Source: Candidatus Arthromitus sp. SFB-rat-Yit (GTDB lineage Bacteria; Bacillota; Clostridia; Clostridiales; Clostridiaceae). Taken from it: 32,000 bases of DNA. The notes under the pieces were generated by a model. That model saw only the letters and a list, made by a program, of their open reading frames with translations, ran no database searches and was not told the DNA's origin. The stretch is from the NCBI RefSeq assembly GCF_000283555.1, contig NC_016012.1, forward strand, positions 1,020,001 through 1,052,000, given 5' to 3'. Position numbers and translations under genes: made by a program. How positions within the stretch are numbered: the first letter of the stretch is position 1; the number at the start of each line of letters is the position of its first letter. Positions 8,361 to 18,851 of the stretch are shown piece by piece.

Positions 8361-8882
8361 ATGATGAAAGATATTATAGAGCTGGCAGATAACAAACTCC
8401 TGATTTTATATATAGTAAAAAAATTAAAACACCCTTGCTCAAATAACCATATAACAGACATTATACTTAGTAATAATTTTTTGAATTATTTTTTGCTTCA
8501 ACAGTACTTAATAGAATTGGTTGAAAGCAATTATTTAATCATTATAAATTTTAAAAACAAAGAGCTGTATAAAATTGCCCCTCTTGGAAAAAAAGTACTC
8601 GAAATGTTCCAAAATAGAATATCTCAATTTAAAATTGATTGCTTTAATAATTACATGTCAACGCTTGATAAAAAAAATCAAGTCATTTCATCAAAAGTAA
8701 ATGTTAGAACTGACAACATCGAAATTACATTTTTAAAAAACAATAAAACTATATTAAATTTAAACTTACCTAATCAATCCAAAAATCAAATTCAAATAAT
8801 AACCCAAAACTGTAAAGACAATCCTGACCAAATATACAACTTAATTTTATCCAGCATAACCAACCAAAAAAATGATACTTAG
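8361..8882 (+). CDS. DUF4364-family-like winged-helix regulatory protein
   Basis: 173 aa; NKLLILYIVKKLKHPCSNNHITDIILSNNFLNYFLLQQYLIELVESNYL... resembles the clostridial DUF4364 family; recognised by eye only. Confidence 0.6.
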   Translation: MMKDIIELADNKLLILYIVKKLKHPCSNNHITDIILSNNFLNYFLLQQYLIELVESNYLIIINFKNKELYKIAPLGKKVLEMFQNRISQFKIDCFNNYMSTLDKKNQVISSKVNVRTDNIEITFLKNNKTILNLNLPNQSKNQIQIITQNCKDNPDQIYNLILSSITNQKNDT

Positions 8883-8922
8883 TTAAGCTACAAAACTTCG
8901 CTTATTCTAAGTATCATTTTTT
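8871..8922. terminator. Terminator overlapping stop codon of DUF4364-like gene
   Basis: AATGATACTTAG ... CTAAGTATCATTTTTT inverted repeat. Confidence 0.75.
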
Positions 8923-9802
8923 AACACCCATATATTCTAGATGGATCTTCTCCAATTTCTATAACTTCATTATTATGAGTATACAAATCATATTTTATTA
9001 AGACTTCCTTGTCACTTAATACAACATATAAAAACCTCCCATTTCTATAAACTCCACTAGGATTTCCATTTACATATATCCTCCCAATCTCTTTAAGTTC
9101 TGATAAATCTACTACACTCACACAATTTCCCAAATAGTTTGATACAAAAACACATCTCGATTCATAATCAATAAACATATCAATCGGTGCATTATTAAGC
9201 CTTATACTTTTATAATTTTGACCGCTATCAAAATCATAAATACTGAAATTTCCACTACTATTATCCCCAAATCTACTTTCACAAACAAAGATATATTTGC
9301 TATCTTTATAAAATTTTGAGTTCATTGGAAAACTATAAGTTCTAAATTTTTTTACAATATCATTGAGATTATAATCAATCACATTTATTTGATCACTTTT
9401 GGAACTCGTAACACAAAGCAATTTATGTTTATCATTTATGTCCATACTTTGCGGATAATTTCCACATTCAATTTGATAACATAAATATTTATTTCTCATA
9501 TCGTAAACCACAAGACAATTTGTATCGCTACCTATTAAATACATAGAATCATTTATAATTTTCAAATCATTCGTAAACATTCCAATATTCCAAACTTTAA
9601 TTCTCAATGTATTTACATCAATCTCATAAAAATTGTAACTATTGTTTGTTGCAATATAAACTTTATCATTAAAAAAATCAATACCATGTATGCCTATAAT
9701 TCTACTTTCATTTTCTAAATATATTTTTTGATGCAAATTATCTATTAAGTTAATCTTTGAAATATAATTTGATGATCCATTACAAATATAAAGATCATTC
9801 AT
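8921..9802 (-). CDS. YncE/YVTN-like beta-propeller protein
   Basis: Repeated propeller blades (CVTSSKSDQINVIDYNLNDIVKKF, CVFVSNYLGNCVSVVDLSELKEIGRIYVNGNPSGVY, LYVVLSDKEVLIKYDL); GAAAGGAAAG SD before ATG at 9802. Confidence 0.7.
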   Translation of the reverse strand: MNDLYICNGSSNYISKINLIDNLHQKIYLENESRIIGIHGIDFFNDKVYIATNNSYNFYEIDVNTLRIKVWNIGMFTNDLKIINDSMYLIGSDTNCLVVYDMRNKYLCYQIECGNYPQSMDINDKHKLLCVTSSKSDQINVIDYNLNDIVKKFRTYSFPMNSKFYKDSKYIFVCESRFGDNSSGNFSIYDFDSGQNYKSIRLNNAPIDMFIDYESRCVFVSNYLGNCVSVVDLSELKEIGRIYVNGNPSGVYRNGRFLYVVLSDKEVLIKYDLYTHNNEVIEIGEDPSRIYGC

Positions 9803-9886
9803 AAACTTTCCTTTCAATAATTACTCAATACTTCATGATATTCAAGAAACAATTTATTTCCAAACGTTTTTTAATTGATACACAAA

Positions 9887-9914
9887 AAAGGTAAGACTTA
9901 AATGTCTTACCTTT
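9887..9914 (-). terminator. Terminator overlapping the stop codon of the 9907-11352 gene
   Basis: AAAGGTAAGAC-ttaaat-GTCTTACCTTT with A-run outside. Confidence 0.75.
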
Positions 9915-11352
9915 CATATACAATTTTTGCAATATCTGCTATTACTTTCTCTGCATTGCTCAAATCTTTAGTATAAATCGCCAAAATAAATGGTCTATCT
10001 CCAAAAACAATTCCCATGTCATGATAATTCCCTTGAAATGATCCATACTTGTTTGCAACAATTGCCTCTGGTATATATCTTCCTATTCTAACACCAGTTG
10101 AACTATCTTTTAAATACTGTATGATATTTTTATAATATGGGTTATTATCTTTATTTTCATATAATTTAAATAAAAACTTAGTCATATCATTTGTTGAAAA
10201 AAGGTTGCCTGTCCTATCTAATGGTGCTCCCAGAATCTTTCCATATTCTCTATAAAGACTTGTAACTTCGCTAATTCCACTTATCAACATATTAGCTGCA
10301 ATATTATCTGAATTTAGGAGAGATCTTTTAGATAATTCACTGAATGTCTGTGGAGATAAGTATTCATTTACTACATAATTTTGTAAAATTCCAGAACCAC
10401 TTTCATAGTGTTTTGAATGAATATATTCAACTCTACTATTTAAATCTATTTTACCAGCTTGTACAAGATCGTATAAAACAATATTAAGTGGAACTTTATG
10501 AGTACTTCCCGCTTTAAACAACACATCTCCATTTATACTAAATGATTCTTTTGTTGTAATATCATAAAATGTAACACCAACATTATCAACTCTATCACCC
10601 AAATAAGTTAAAATTTTATTTTTCAGCTTAGAAGATCCCAAGCTATTAATTAAATTTTTCTCAAGTTTAAGTGCCTCTTGTTTTCTTCTTTCAATCTCAT
10701 CAGTATAATCCAAAACTTTTATATCATTTTCCAAAGAATTGTATATACTCAGAGCACTTGTTCTATTTTTCGGTATATTAATATTACCTTCATCAAGTTT
10801 TATATTCATAAGAGATACCCTTATAGCAAATTCATCACTAAAAATCAATTTATTCATTACATCACTAATAACTTTTGGGGAATCATTTATATTCCATCTT
10901 AAAGTAAGAATTTCATTATCCTTATATGTTAAAGGGTACTCATCTTTGTAATAGTATAAAATTCTTTGATCTATATAGTTTGACCAATATTGTTTCCCCT
11001 GCTTGTCCGTATCCCTTCCAAATATAAATCTATAAATCTTACTTATAAACTCTTCCTTAAGTTTAACTGACTCTAAAAACTCATTAGATTCTAAAACAAA
11101 CTTCTCTATAAAAGTTTTTGCAGATGACATACCCTTACTAAGCATATTGTACCAATAGGTAAAACCATCTAAATCAGCCTCACGTCCATAAAAAATGTTA
11201 TAAGCTGAACCAATAAAATTTCCTAATAGCTTGTCTGACGTTTGAGTTACAACCATATTCGTCTTAGAAGATACTTCTGTAACTTTATACAAAAAAGAAC
11301 ATATTATTAAAATTAAAAACAACGCTGAAAAACATTTGGAAATTCTTTTCAT
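9907..11352 (-). CDS. Exported DUF4214-like domain fused to class A beta-lactamase-like serine hydrolase
   Basis: Signal/TM N-terminus; YNIFYGREADLDGFTYWYNML and YRFIFGRDTDKQGKQYWSNY (DUF4214-like); FKAGSTHKVPLNIVLYDLVQAGKIDL (SxxK), LLNSDNIAANML (SDN), VANKYGSFQG (KxG-like). Confidence 0.8.
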   Translation of the reverse strand: MKRISKCFSALFLILIICSFLYKVTEVSSKTNMVVTQTSDKLLGNFIGSAYNIFYGREADLDGFTYWYNMLSKGMSSAKTFIEKFVLESNEFLESVKLKEEFISKIYRFIFGRDTDKQGKQYWSNYIDQRILYYYKDEYPLTYKDNEILTLRWNINDSPKVISDVMNKLIFSDEFAIRVSLMNIKLDEGNINIPKNRTSALSIYNSLENDIKVLDYTDEIERRKQEALKLEKNLINSLGSSKLKNKILTYLGDRVDNVGVTFYDITTKESFSINGDVLFKAGSTHKVPLNIVLYDLVQAGKIDLNSRVEYIHSKHYESGSGILQNYVVNEYLSPQTFSELSKRSLLNSDNIAANMLISGISEVTSLYREYGKILGAPLDRTGNLFSTNDMTKFLFKLYENKDNNPYYKNIIQYLKDSSTGVRIGRYIPEAIVANKYGSFQGNYHDMGIVFGDRPFILAIYTKDLSNAEKVIADIAKIVYER

Positions 11353-11486
11353 TATTCTCTCCTTATTTTTTAACTATTATATATAAATATATAGTTATAT
11401 ATAAAGTAAATCTTCCTCGAATTTTATATTCAAGGAAGATTATTTGCATATAAAATAAAATTTATTCAAATATAACTTTATTTCAA

Positions 11487-14144
11487 TTAAGAATTATATT
11501 TAAAATTATCAATACTTTTATTTACTTCATCAAGCATAGATTCATATTTTTTAAGTTTATCTTTCTCTTCCTCTATAACTTTTTCTGGGGCTTTACTCAC
11601 AAACCCTTCATTTGATAATTTTTTATTCAAACGCTCAATCTCTTTATCCAATTTATCTTTCTCCTTAGATAAACGTTCAATCTCCTTATTAATATCAACC
11701 AAATCTAATAAAGGAATATACATATTTGCCGATGATGAAACAACCGTTACTACTTTATTAGAACTCACAAGCTCCTCATTAATTTTTGAAACAATTTCTA
11801 TATCTTTTGATAAACCTAATTTTTCTATATAAATCAGAGATTCTTCATAAATATTTTTAAGATTACCTTTAGGCACAATGTAAAGTTTAGCTTTCCTTGA
11901 AGGAGGTATATTCATTTGTGACCTTAAATTTCTTATAGCTCTAATTGATTCTATAACATAATTCATGTTATCCTCAAATTCGCTAAAATTTAAATCTTGA
12001 TCAAATACTGGGAAATCAGAAGTAGTTATAAATTCTTTCTCAGAATCTTTTAAATTTGTATATAATTTCTCAGTTATGAATGGCATCACTGGATGCAATA
12101 ATTTGAGTGAATCTACCAAAACTCTCTTTAACACTCTTAATGTAACACCTTTTTGCTTATCACTGTCACCATACAAAACAGGTTTTGATAACTCTATATA
12201 CCAATCACAAAATTCCGTCCATATAAAATCATAAATTTTGGATAATCCAATTCCAAGTTCAAATTTTTCAAAATTATTTGTAACTTCAAAGATTAACGTA
12301 TTTAATTTATTTAAAATCCATTTATCAGCTAAACTATAATCATTACAATCTTTATATTTTTCAATCAATTCATCATCTAAATTCATCATAACGAACTTAG
12401 ATGCGTTCCATATCTTATTTGCAAAGTTAGATGCCGATTCAACTTTTTCTTCAATATATCTAATATCATTCCCCGGTGAAATTCCATTTATGAGCATAAA
12501 CCTCAACGCATCTGCTCCATATTTACTAATAACATCTATAGGATCGACACCATTATCAAGAGATTTTGACATTTTTCTTCCCTGAGAATCTCTTATAATC
12601 CCATGGATAAATACCTTTTTAAAAGGAACTTTGCTCATATTATGTAATCCTGAGAAAATCATTCTAGCAACCCAGAAAAATATAATATCATATCCTGTTA
12701 CTAAAGTTTCATTCGGGTAAAAATATTTAAGATCTTCCGTATCATTTGGCCATCCCAAGATCGAAAACGGCCATAACGCTGAACTAAACCAAGTATCTAA
12801 TACATCTTCATCTTGATAAATTTCTGTCGATGAACATTTATCACACTTCTTTAATTCGTCAGTAGAAACCATAACATTCTCACAATCTTTACAATAAAAA
12901 ACTGGAATTCTATGTCCCCACCAAAGCTGTCTAGAAATACACCAATCCTTAATATTTTCCATCCAATTAAAATAAATCTTTTCAAATCTATCTGGTATGA
13001 ACGAAATCTCTTTATTCTTAACACACTCTATTGCAGGCTTTGCTAGTTCTTCCATCTTAAGATACCATTGAGTAGAAATAATTGGTTCAATAATCGTACC
13101 ACATCTATCATGACAACTCACATTGTGATCATGATCCTTTATAGATAATAACAATCCTCTTTCTCGTAAATCTTCAACTATCCTTTCACGAGCATCATAT
13201 CTATAAAGCCCCTCATACTCAAAACCATTTTCATTTATACAAGCCTTATCATTCAACACTTTAATTTGTGGTAGATTATGTCTTAAACCAACTTCATAGT
13301 CATTTGGATCGTGTGCTGGAGTTACCTTAACAACTCCTGTACCAAATTCCATATCTACGTATGAATCTGCTATAACAGGTATTTTCCTACCAACAAGAGG
13401 TAGAATAACATTCATTCCTATATATTTTTTATATCTCTCGTCTTCTGGATGAACCATAACAGCAACGTCACCAAGAAGAGTTTCTGGTCTAGTTGTAGCA
13501 ATCTCTAAATATCCTTCCCCATTCTCTAACAGATATTTAATGTGCCAAAACTTGCCTTTCATTTCTTTATACTCAATTTCAGCATCTGAAAGAGCCGTAG
13601 TACATTTTGGACACCAGTTTGTAATTCTATTTCCTTGATATATGTAACCCTGATTATATAATTTTACAAAAACTTCTCTAACAGCTCTACTAAGATTATC
13701 ATCCATAGTAAATGCTTCTCTTGAAAAATCACACGATGTTCCAAGCATTTCAATTTGACTACGTATTTTTGATCTATATGTATCTGTCCATTCCCAAACT
13801 TTTTCAAGAAACTTTTCGCGTCCCAATTCATTCTTTTTTATTCCACTTTTTAAAAGCTCATTATCAACCCTTACTTCAGTTGCAATACTAGCATGATCTT
13901 CTCCCGGAATCCACAAAGCTTCAAAACCTTGCATTCTTTTAAAACGTATTAAGATATCTTGTAATGTCAAATCCAAAGCATGCCCTAAATGTAATTTCCC
14001 TGTTATATTTGGAGGAGGCATTGATATAACATAAGGTCTTTTATCTTCATTAACTCTAGCTCTAAATAGATCATTTTCCTGCCAGGCATTGAAAATGTCT
14101 TTCTCAAATTCTATAGGACTATACTTACCTAACTCTTCTCTCAT
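11487..14144 (-). CDS. valS: Valyl-tRNA synthetase
   Basis: 885 aa; PPPNITGKLHLGHALD (HIGH), GRKMSKSLDNGVDP (KMSKS), WWGHRIPVFYC, C-terminal coiled-coil; GGAGG SD. Confidence 0.98.
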   Translation of the reverse strand: MREELGKYSPIEFEKDIFNAWQENDLFRARVNEDKRPYVISMPPPNITGKLHLGHALDLTLQDILIRFKRMQGFEALWIPGEDHASIATEVRVDNELLKSGIKKNELGREKFLEKVWEWTDTYRSKIRSQIEMLGTSCDFSREAFTMDDNLSRAVREVFVKLYNQGYIYQGNRITNWCPKCTTALSDAEIEYKEMKGKFWHIKYLLENGEGYLEIATTRPETLLGDVAVMVHPEDERYKKYIGMNVILPLVGRKIPVIADSYVDMEFGTGVVKVTPAHDPNDYEVGLRHNLPQIKVLNDKACINENGFEYEGLYRYDARERIVEDLRERGLLLSIKDHDHNVSCHDRCGTIIEPIISTQWYLKMEELAKPAIECVKNKEISFIPDRFEKIYFNWMENIKDWCISRQLWWGHRIPVFYCKDCENVMVSTDELKKCDKCSSTEIYQDEDVLDTWFSSALWPFSILGWPNDTEDLKYFYPNETLVTGYDIIFFWVARMIFSGLHNMSKVPFKKVFIHGIIRDSQGRKMSKSLDNGVDPIDVISKYGADALRFMLINGISPGNDIRYIEEKVESASNFANKIWNASKFVMMNLDDELIEKYKDCNDYSLADKWILNKLNTLIFEVTNNFEKFELGIGLSKIYDFIWTEFCDWYIELSKPVLYGDSDKQKGVTLRVLKRVLVDSLKLLHPVMPFITEKLYTNLKDSEKEFITTSDFPVFDQDLNFSEFEDNMNYVIESIRAIRNLRSQMNIPPSRKAKLYIVPKGNLKNIYEESLIYIEKLGLSKDIEIVSKINEELVSSNKVVTVVSSSANMYIPLLDLVDINKEIERLSKEKDKLDKEIERLNKKLSNEGFVSKAPEKVIEEEKDKLKKYESMLDEVNKSIDNFKYNS

Positions 14145-14307
14145 TTAACCCTCCGTAAACTTTACAATTATCTACTAAATTTTTTCTTTTATATTATCAA
14201 TATTTTATCACATCGTATACTATTGTCAAAAATATTTATATATCAAACTGTATAATCAAGGTAATTTTTGGAATAATATTACTAAGTTTAACAAGAGGTG
14301 ATTAATT

Positions 14308-14670
14308 TTGGATTTTTACTTTAAAAAGGCGAATGATTATTACAATAAAAAAGATTATAAGAAGGCTCTTTCATTATATAAAAAATCTATCGAAAATCAA
14401 GTAGGTGAAGCATGTTCGCTTTACAATGCTGCTGTTTGTCACATAAAACTAAAGGAATATAATGAAGCAATCGATTTATTAAAACAAGCTCTTGAAATAA
14501 AACTTGATCATAAATATTTATTTAATTTAGCTTATTGCTACTCTCTGCTTGGTGATAATGCTAAAGCTCTTACATATTTTAATTGGTCATGGGCTATTAA
14601 TAACGATGACTACGAATGCAAGAAGGCAATTTCTATGATACTAGATTCATTTAATAAAACAAAAAAGTAA
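14308..14670 (+). CDS. Small TPR-repeat protein
   Basis: 120 aa; YNKKDYKKALSLYKKSIENQ, YNAAVCHIKLKEYNEAIDLLKQALEI, FNLAYCYSLLGDNAKALTYFNWS; AAGAGGTGA SD, TTG start. Confidence 0.8.
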   Translation: MDFYFKKANDYYNKKDYKKALSLYKKSIENQVGEACSLYNAAVCHIKLKEYNEAIDLLKQALEIKLDHKYLFNLAYCYSLLGDNAKALTYFNWSWAINNDDYECKKAISMILDSFNKTKK

Positions 14671-14680
14671 CAAAATAAAA

Positions 14681-14714
14681 AGGGTAGTCTTAATCCCCCA
14701 ATTAAAACTACCCT
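14681..14714. terminator. Bidirectional terminator between convergent genes
   Basis: AGGGTAGTcTTAAT-ccccca-ATTAAaACTACCCT long hairpin. Confidence 0.8.
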
Positions 14715-14727
14715 CATTAATTATATT

Positions 14728-15858
14728 TTAAACTGAAAATTCCCATATGACTCTTTCCCTTATGTGGTCTTGTTCAAAATTGTTAATATCAAAATAATTA
14801 CCCGTTTCTCCGAATGTAGTATCAACTTTGATCCAAACATTAGATTCTTCAATATAAACTTCATTCCAAGCATGATTTATCCAACTATTTCCATCATATC
14901 CTTTCCCAACAACAATACGAGTTGGTAACTGTATACTTTCAGCAAGTACTGAATAAAGACTCGCATAATCAAAACAAATTCCCCGTTTGCTTTCAAATGC
15001 AGAAATAGCTCCAGATAAATTGCTAAAATCTTCATTTAATATATCATTTGATTTTTTTTCATCATATTCAAGCATATTTACAACATCATCATATAATTTT
15101 TTTGCTTTATCATATGATGTGCTTAATCCTTTCGTACTTTGTATAGCAAATTCTACAATTTCATCAGTACTCTTTGTAGCCTCATCTATTGTAACTCCAT
15201 TATACAAATACTTTACGTTATTCGTTTTAATATCTTCAAATGTTTCTAGAATAGGACTAAAAATATTAAGCATGATCTCATTCAAATCATATTTAAATGG
15301 AGCTATAATCCTACTAGATATGTTTTTATACAAATTAGATGAATTCATAATTTGATTAATCCTATTATTGTCTGTTAAAAACACAGAAAATGTATCAAGA
15401 GCGAAAATAAAAATCAATACAACAAGGATTGCCTTAGGAGCTTTTATAATTCCAAATATTATATTTTTAAATATATTTGGAAGTTGAAATAAAAACTTAT
15501 GAGACTTAATTACCATGTTTTTAAACAATAAAATATGAATACACCTACACATTAAATTGCAAATAATAAATGCTAAAACAAATAACACTATCTTCAATAT
15601 AAATCCAATCAATGTATTATCCACATGATTGATATTAAGAGATTTTAAAATTAAATAATATAACTCGTAAGCAATAAAATCATAAGATAAATAAACAAGA
15701 TAAAGTGAAATAATATTTATATAAAATCTTATATCATGAAAAATATATTGTAACTTATTATACTTAATAATCCCTCTAAATATAGTAAATGTAAACAATA
15801 CCACAATGAAGACAGAAATAATACCATTGTTCAAGATATCTATCAATAAATTAAACAA
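14728..15858 (-). CDS. Multi-pass membrane protein with C-terminal transglutaminase-like domain
   Basis: Several hydrophobic segments, then KRGICFDYASLYSVLAESIQLPTRIVVGK...WINHAWNEVYIEESNVWIKVDTTFG (Cys/His/Asp triad pattern). Confidence 0.85.
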   Translation of the reverse strand: MFNLLIDILNNGIISVFIVVLFTFTIFRGIIKYNKLQYIFHDIRFYINIISLYLVYLSYDFIAYELYYLILKSLNINHVDNTLIGFILKIVLFVLAFIICNLMCRCIHILLFKNMVIKSHKFLFQLPNIFKNIIFGIIKAPKAILVVLIFIFALDTFSVFLTDNNRINQIMNSSNLYKNISSRIIAPFKYDLNEIMLNIFSPILETFEDIKTNNVKYLYNGVTIDEATKSTDEIVEFAIQSTKGLSTSYDKAKKLYDDVVNMLEYDEKKSNDILNEDFSNLSGAISAFESKRGICFDYASLYSVLAESIQLPTRIVVGKGYDGNSWINHAWNEVYIEESNVWIKVDTTFGETGNYFDINNFEQDHIRERVIWEFSV

Positions 15859-15902
15859 TCCGTAATCCCCTTTAAAATAGATATCTGATATAACAAAATT
15901 AT

Positions 15903-16367
15903 TTAATTTCTTGAATAAACCTGATCTAATATTTTTGTTGCTAAGTCGTAATCATATCCTTTTCCAATTAAGTGACAAAAAAGCTTGTGTCTAATTTTAA
16001 ATCCTTCAAACTTATCTTTAATAGCATCGTACTTCTTTTTACATATTTTAACGCCTATCTCTATCTTTTGTTCATCAGATATTTTTGAAAATTCCGCTTT
16101 TAAAAATTCACTATCTAATCCTTTCAGGATTAAATCAAAGAATATTTTCTTTTCCCCGTACTTTAACAAGTTTTTATTTATGTAATTTCTGGCATATCTG
16201 CAATCATTTATAAAGTTATACTCTAATAAATATTTGATCACATTATCTGCCACATTTGGATCAACACATTTATCCAAAAGATATTTTTTCATTTCCTTTT
16301 GCGTTTTATCATACCGATTCAATAACTTTAATGCTAAATTTTTCGCGATTATAAATTCTCTACTCAT
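15903..16367 (-). CDS. recX: Regulatory protein RecX
   Basis: ALKLLNRYDKTQKEMKKYLLDKCVDPNVADNVIKYLLEYNFINDCRYARNYINKNLLKYGEKKIFFDLILKGLD typical RecX three-helix repeats. Confidence 0.85.
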   Translation of the reverse strand: MSREFIIAKNLALKLLNRYDKTQKEMKKYLLDKCVDPNVADNVIKYLLEYNFINDCRYARNYINKNLLKYGEKKIFFDLILKGLDSEFLKAEFSKISDEQKIEIGVKICKKKYDAIKDKFEGFKIRHKLFCHLIGKGYDYDLATKILDQVYSRN

Positions 16368-16369
16368 AA

Positions 16370-17611
16370 CTATTTCCCTTTGAGAATATGAACTGTTGGA
16401 TTATTAAGATGTTTTTTACAAACTTCCATTATTTGTTCTTTATTAACACTTTCTATTTTTTTTAAATCTTCTATATATGATTCGATATTTTTACCATAAA
16501 TAAGTTTTTCTATCAAATACAATCCAAGCTTCCTATTATCTTCAAAAATTGAATATATAGCTATTAATTGTAGTTTTTTCATAAGATTCAAGTTATAACA
16601 ATCAAAATTATAACTACAATTTTTTATTTCCAATATAGATTCGTCTATAATCTTCTTAGCTCTATCTACATTTTCTTTGCTAGTCGTACAAAAAATATAC
16701 ATACCTTGAAATTCATCGCTAATTTCTAATTGTGTATAAATATCATAAGCTAACCCTTCTTCATCTCTTACCTTCTTAAATAATATAGAATTCGAGCTTC
16801 CACCAAGTTTATACTCTGCTAATTTTAAAAGTATTTTCTCGCTTTGTTTTAAATCTTTAAACATAAACAAATATGTAATAGTACTTACTTCTAAATCGCT
16901 CTTTTCAGTAACTATAGTCTTTGGAATATTTACCTCTTCAATTAGTTCTCTATGTGAAATATGTTTTCTTTGCCAGGAGTTAAAATATTTTTTAAATAAA
17001 CTAATTATGTAATCTTCACTGTATGAACTAATAATAACTGCATACGCATTATTAGGAACATAATATTTATTGTGGAATTCTATCAAATCGCAACTAGTTA
17101 CATTTTTCAATAATTCTCTATTTCCTGCTACGTCATACTTTATATGAGATTTTTCAAAAGCTTGCTCATTTAGCTTTGAAAAACTAAATTCCTCATAGTT
17201 TGCATAGCACGAATCTAACTCTGAAATTATTATATCTCTCTCAATATCAAGCTCTTCACTATCAAATTTAGGAGCTATAACCATAGATGAAATTAGTTCT
17301 ATGCATTTCTCCAAATCATCATCCAATCCATTCACAGATAAAACGGTTGAACCATAATCAGTAAATGCATCATAATCTCCTCCTAAAAATTCAATAATGT
17401 TATTTACCTCGTAATCCTTAAATTTATTATTTGATCTGAATAACATATGTTCAACAAAGTGACTGAATCCTCTCTCGTTATCCGTTTCATATGCACTTCC
17501 AATTTTAATTCCAAGATTAAAATTAAAAAATTTACACTGCCTATTTAAAACGAGGATCTTAAATCCATTTTCTAAAATAAATTCTTTAAATTTAATTTTT
17601 AAACTTTCCAT
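16370..17611 (-). CDS. M16-family zinc peptidase-like protein
   Basis: GSAYETDNERGFSHFVEHMLFRSNNKF (HxxEH), ELDSCYANYEEFSF downstream; GGAGAAAGT-ATG places the start at 17611. Confidence 0.88.
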   Translation of the reverse strand: MESLKIKFKEFILENGFKILVLNRQCKFFNFNLGIKIGSAYETDNERGFSHFVEHMLFRSNNKFKDYEVNNIIEFLGGDYDAFTDYGSTVLSVNGLDDDLEKCIELISSMVIAPKFDSEELDIERDIIISELDSCYANYEEFSFSKLNEQAFEKSHIKYDVAGNRELLKNVTSCDLIEFHNKYYVPNNAYAVIISSYSEDYIISLFKKYFNSWQRKHISHRELIEEVNIPKTIVTEKSDLEVSTITYLFMFKDLKQSEKILLKLAEYKLGGSSNSILFKKVRDEEGLAYDIYTQLEISDEFQGMYIFCTTSKENVDRAKKIIDESILEIKNCSYNFDCYNLNLMKKLQLIAIYSIFEDNRKLGLYLIEKLIYGKNIESYIEDLKKIESVNKEQIMEVCKKHLNNPTVHILKGK

Positions 17612-17730
17612 ACTTTCTCCTAACATTAGATAATAATACAATGTTTTGTAAAATTTTTCCAGTTTATGGGAAATAAATTTATAACTTTTTAATATATAAA
17701 TTTTTATTTAACTTTTATGATACAAAAAAA

Positions 17731-17758
17731 CTATGATTTAAACTTAATTAAATCATAG
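17731..17758 (-). terminator. Terminator of 17766-18851 gene
   Basis: CTATGATTTAA ... TTAAATCATAG with A7 on + side. Confidence 0.75.
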
Positions 17759-17765
17759 CCATATT

Positions 17766-18851
17766 TTAAATTTTCAATCCTAGTTCATTCATCAATCTTA
17801 CATATTCTTCACAAATTAACATCTGTTTTAAAACATCTTGGCGTGATGTCCTTTTAACTTCACTAACCCAATATTTCTTACCATCCTCATCTGGGTCACG
17901 ATTCAGTATAACTCTATAAACTCTGTTTATAAACTCACCATTAGACATTAATTTATTTTGAAATTCAATGCCCTCAACGATATTTACAATCAATGTACTT
18001 GGTGACAATGTTTTATTGATTAATGCTTGTACATTATTTTTCAACTCCGTAGTAGTTGGATTTCTTTTCAGTAAACTACTATAAATGTTCATTACAAATT
18101 CTTCTATAATATCCTTGGTACTAAAATTATATAGAAATGTTTTATTAATTTTTTTAATGGAAACACCATCCAATTCATTTTGAAATAACAAACTTAAGTT
18201 AAATTTTAAAGGCTGATCAGACGGAAATCCATCAAGATATATGTACACGTATTGTTTAAGTTCTTCAGATACCACAACATATTTTATTTCAAAAGTCGTA
18301 CTAGAATTGGTCACTAACTCTGGATACACAAGTACAGATTGTACACTTTTAAGCATATCCCAAGGGTCATCTATTTCAACCGCTAAAACTATTTGATTTT
18401 GGTTATAATATAGGAGTCTTGGCTCTCCAATAACACTCGAAGATCTAAAATTTTCATTTTTGGCACTTAACGTTGCAATTTCTTTTATACTCTCTTGTGA
18501 CCTATTTACAACGAAATTCACACCTAATTTTACATTATCCATATCATAAGATTTTGTATTTTGGTTAATAATTATAATGTATTTATTTTCAGAAATCTGA
18601 TATGTACTAACAGGCGTAATCTTATTATCAACTTCGATGAAGAACTCTTTAATAACTCCATCTACTTTTTTCTCAACATCCACACTAAATATAAATCTAT
18701 TTTTACCAGATAACTCTTCTAGAAACTTAGTCTTAACAATAACATCCTTGCTATCAATTGCATTTGCTTTTGTTCCACAAACTAGAGCAAATAGTACTAC
18801 GAACATAGACATAAATAAAGTAAATAATTTATGTTTACATTTAAACAACAA
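17766..18851 (-). CDS. Secreted protein with C-terminal DUF4214-like domain
   Basis: Signal peptide LFTLFMSMFVVLFALVCGTKANA|ID; C-terminus FINRVYRVILNRDPDEDGKKYWVSEVKRTSRQDVLKQMLICEEYVRLMNELGLKI. Start uncertain (tandem TTG codons just after a G6 tract). Confidence 0.8.
   Translation of the reverse strand: MLFKCKHKLFTLFMSMFVVLFALVCGTKANAIDSKDVIVKTKFLEELSGKNRFIFSVDVEKKVDGVIKEFFIEVDNKITPVSTYQISENKYIIIINQNTKSYDMDNVKLGVNFVVNRSQESIKEIATLSAKNENFRSSSVIGEPRLLYYNQNQIVLAVEIDDPWDMLKSVQSVLVYPELVTNSSTTFEIKYVVVSEELKQYVYIYLDGFPSDQPLKFNLSLLFQNELDGVSIKKINKTFLYNFSTKDIIEEFVMNIYSSLLKRNPTTTELKNNVQALINKTLSPSTLIVNIVEGIEFQNKLMSNGEFINRVYRVILNRDPDEDGKKYWVSEVKRTSRQDVLKQMLICEEYVRLMNELGLKI

Noticed and set aside
11409-11441. 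AATCTTCC...GGAAGATT hairpin between valS and the DUF4214/hydrolase gene as a T-box or regulatory RNA
   Set aside because: It lies downstream of valS on the minus strand, so it is probably its terminator. No T-box consensus was seen upstream of valS at 14145-14307.
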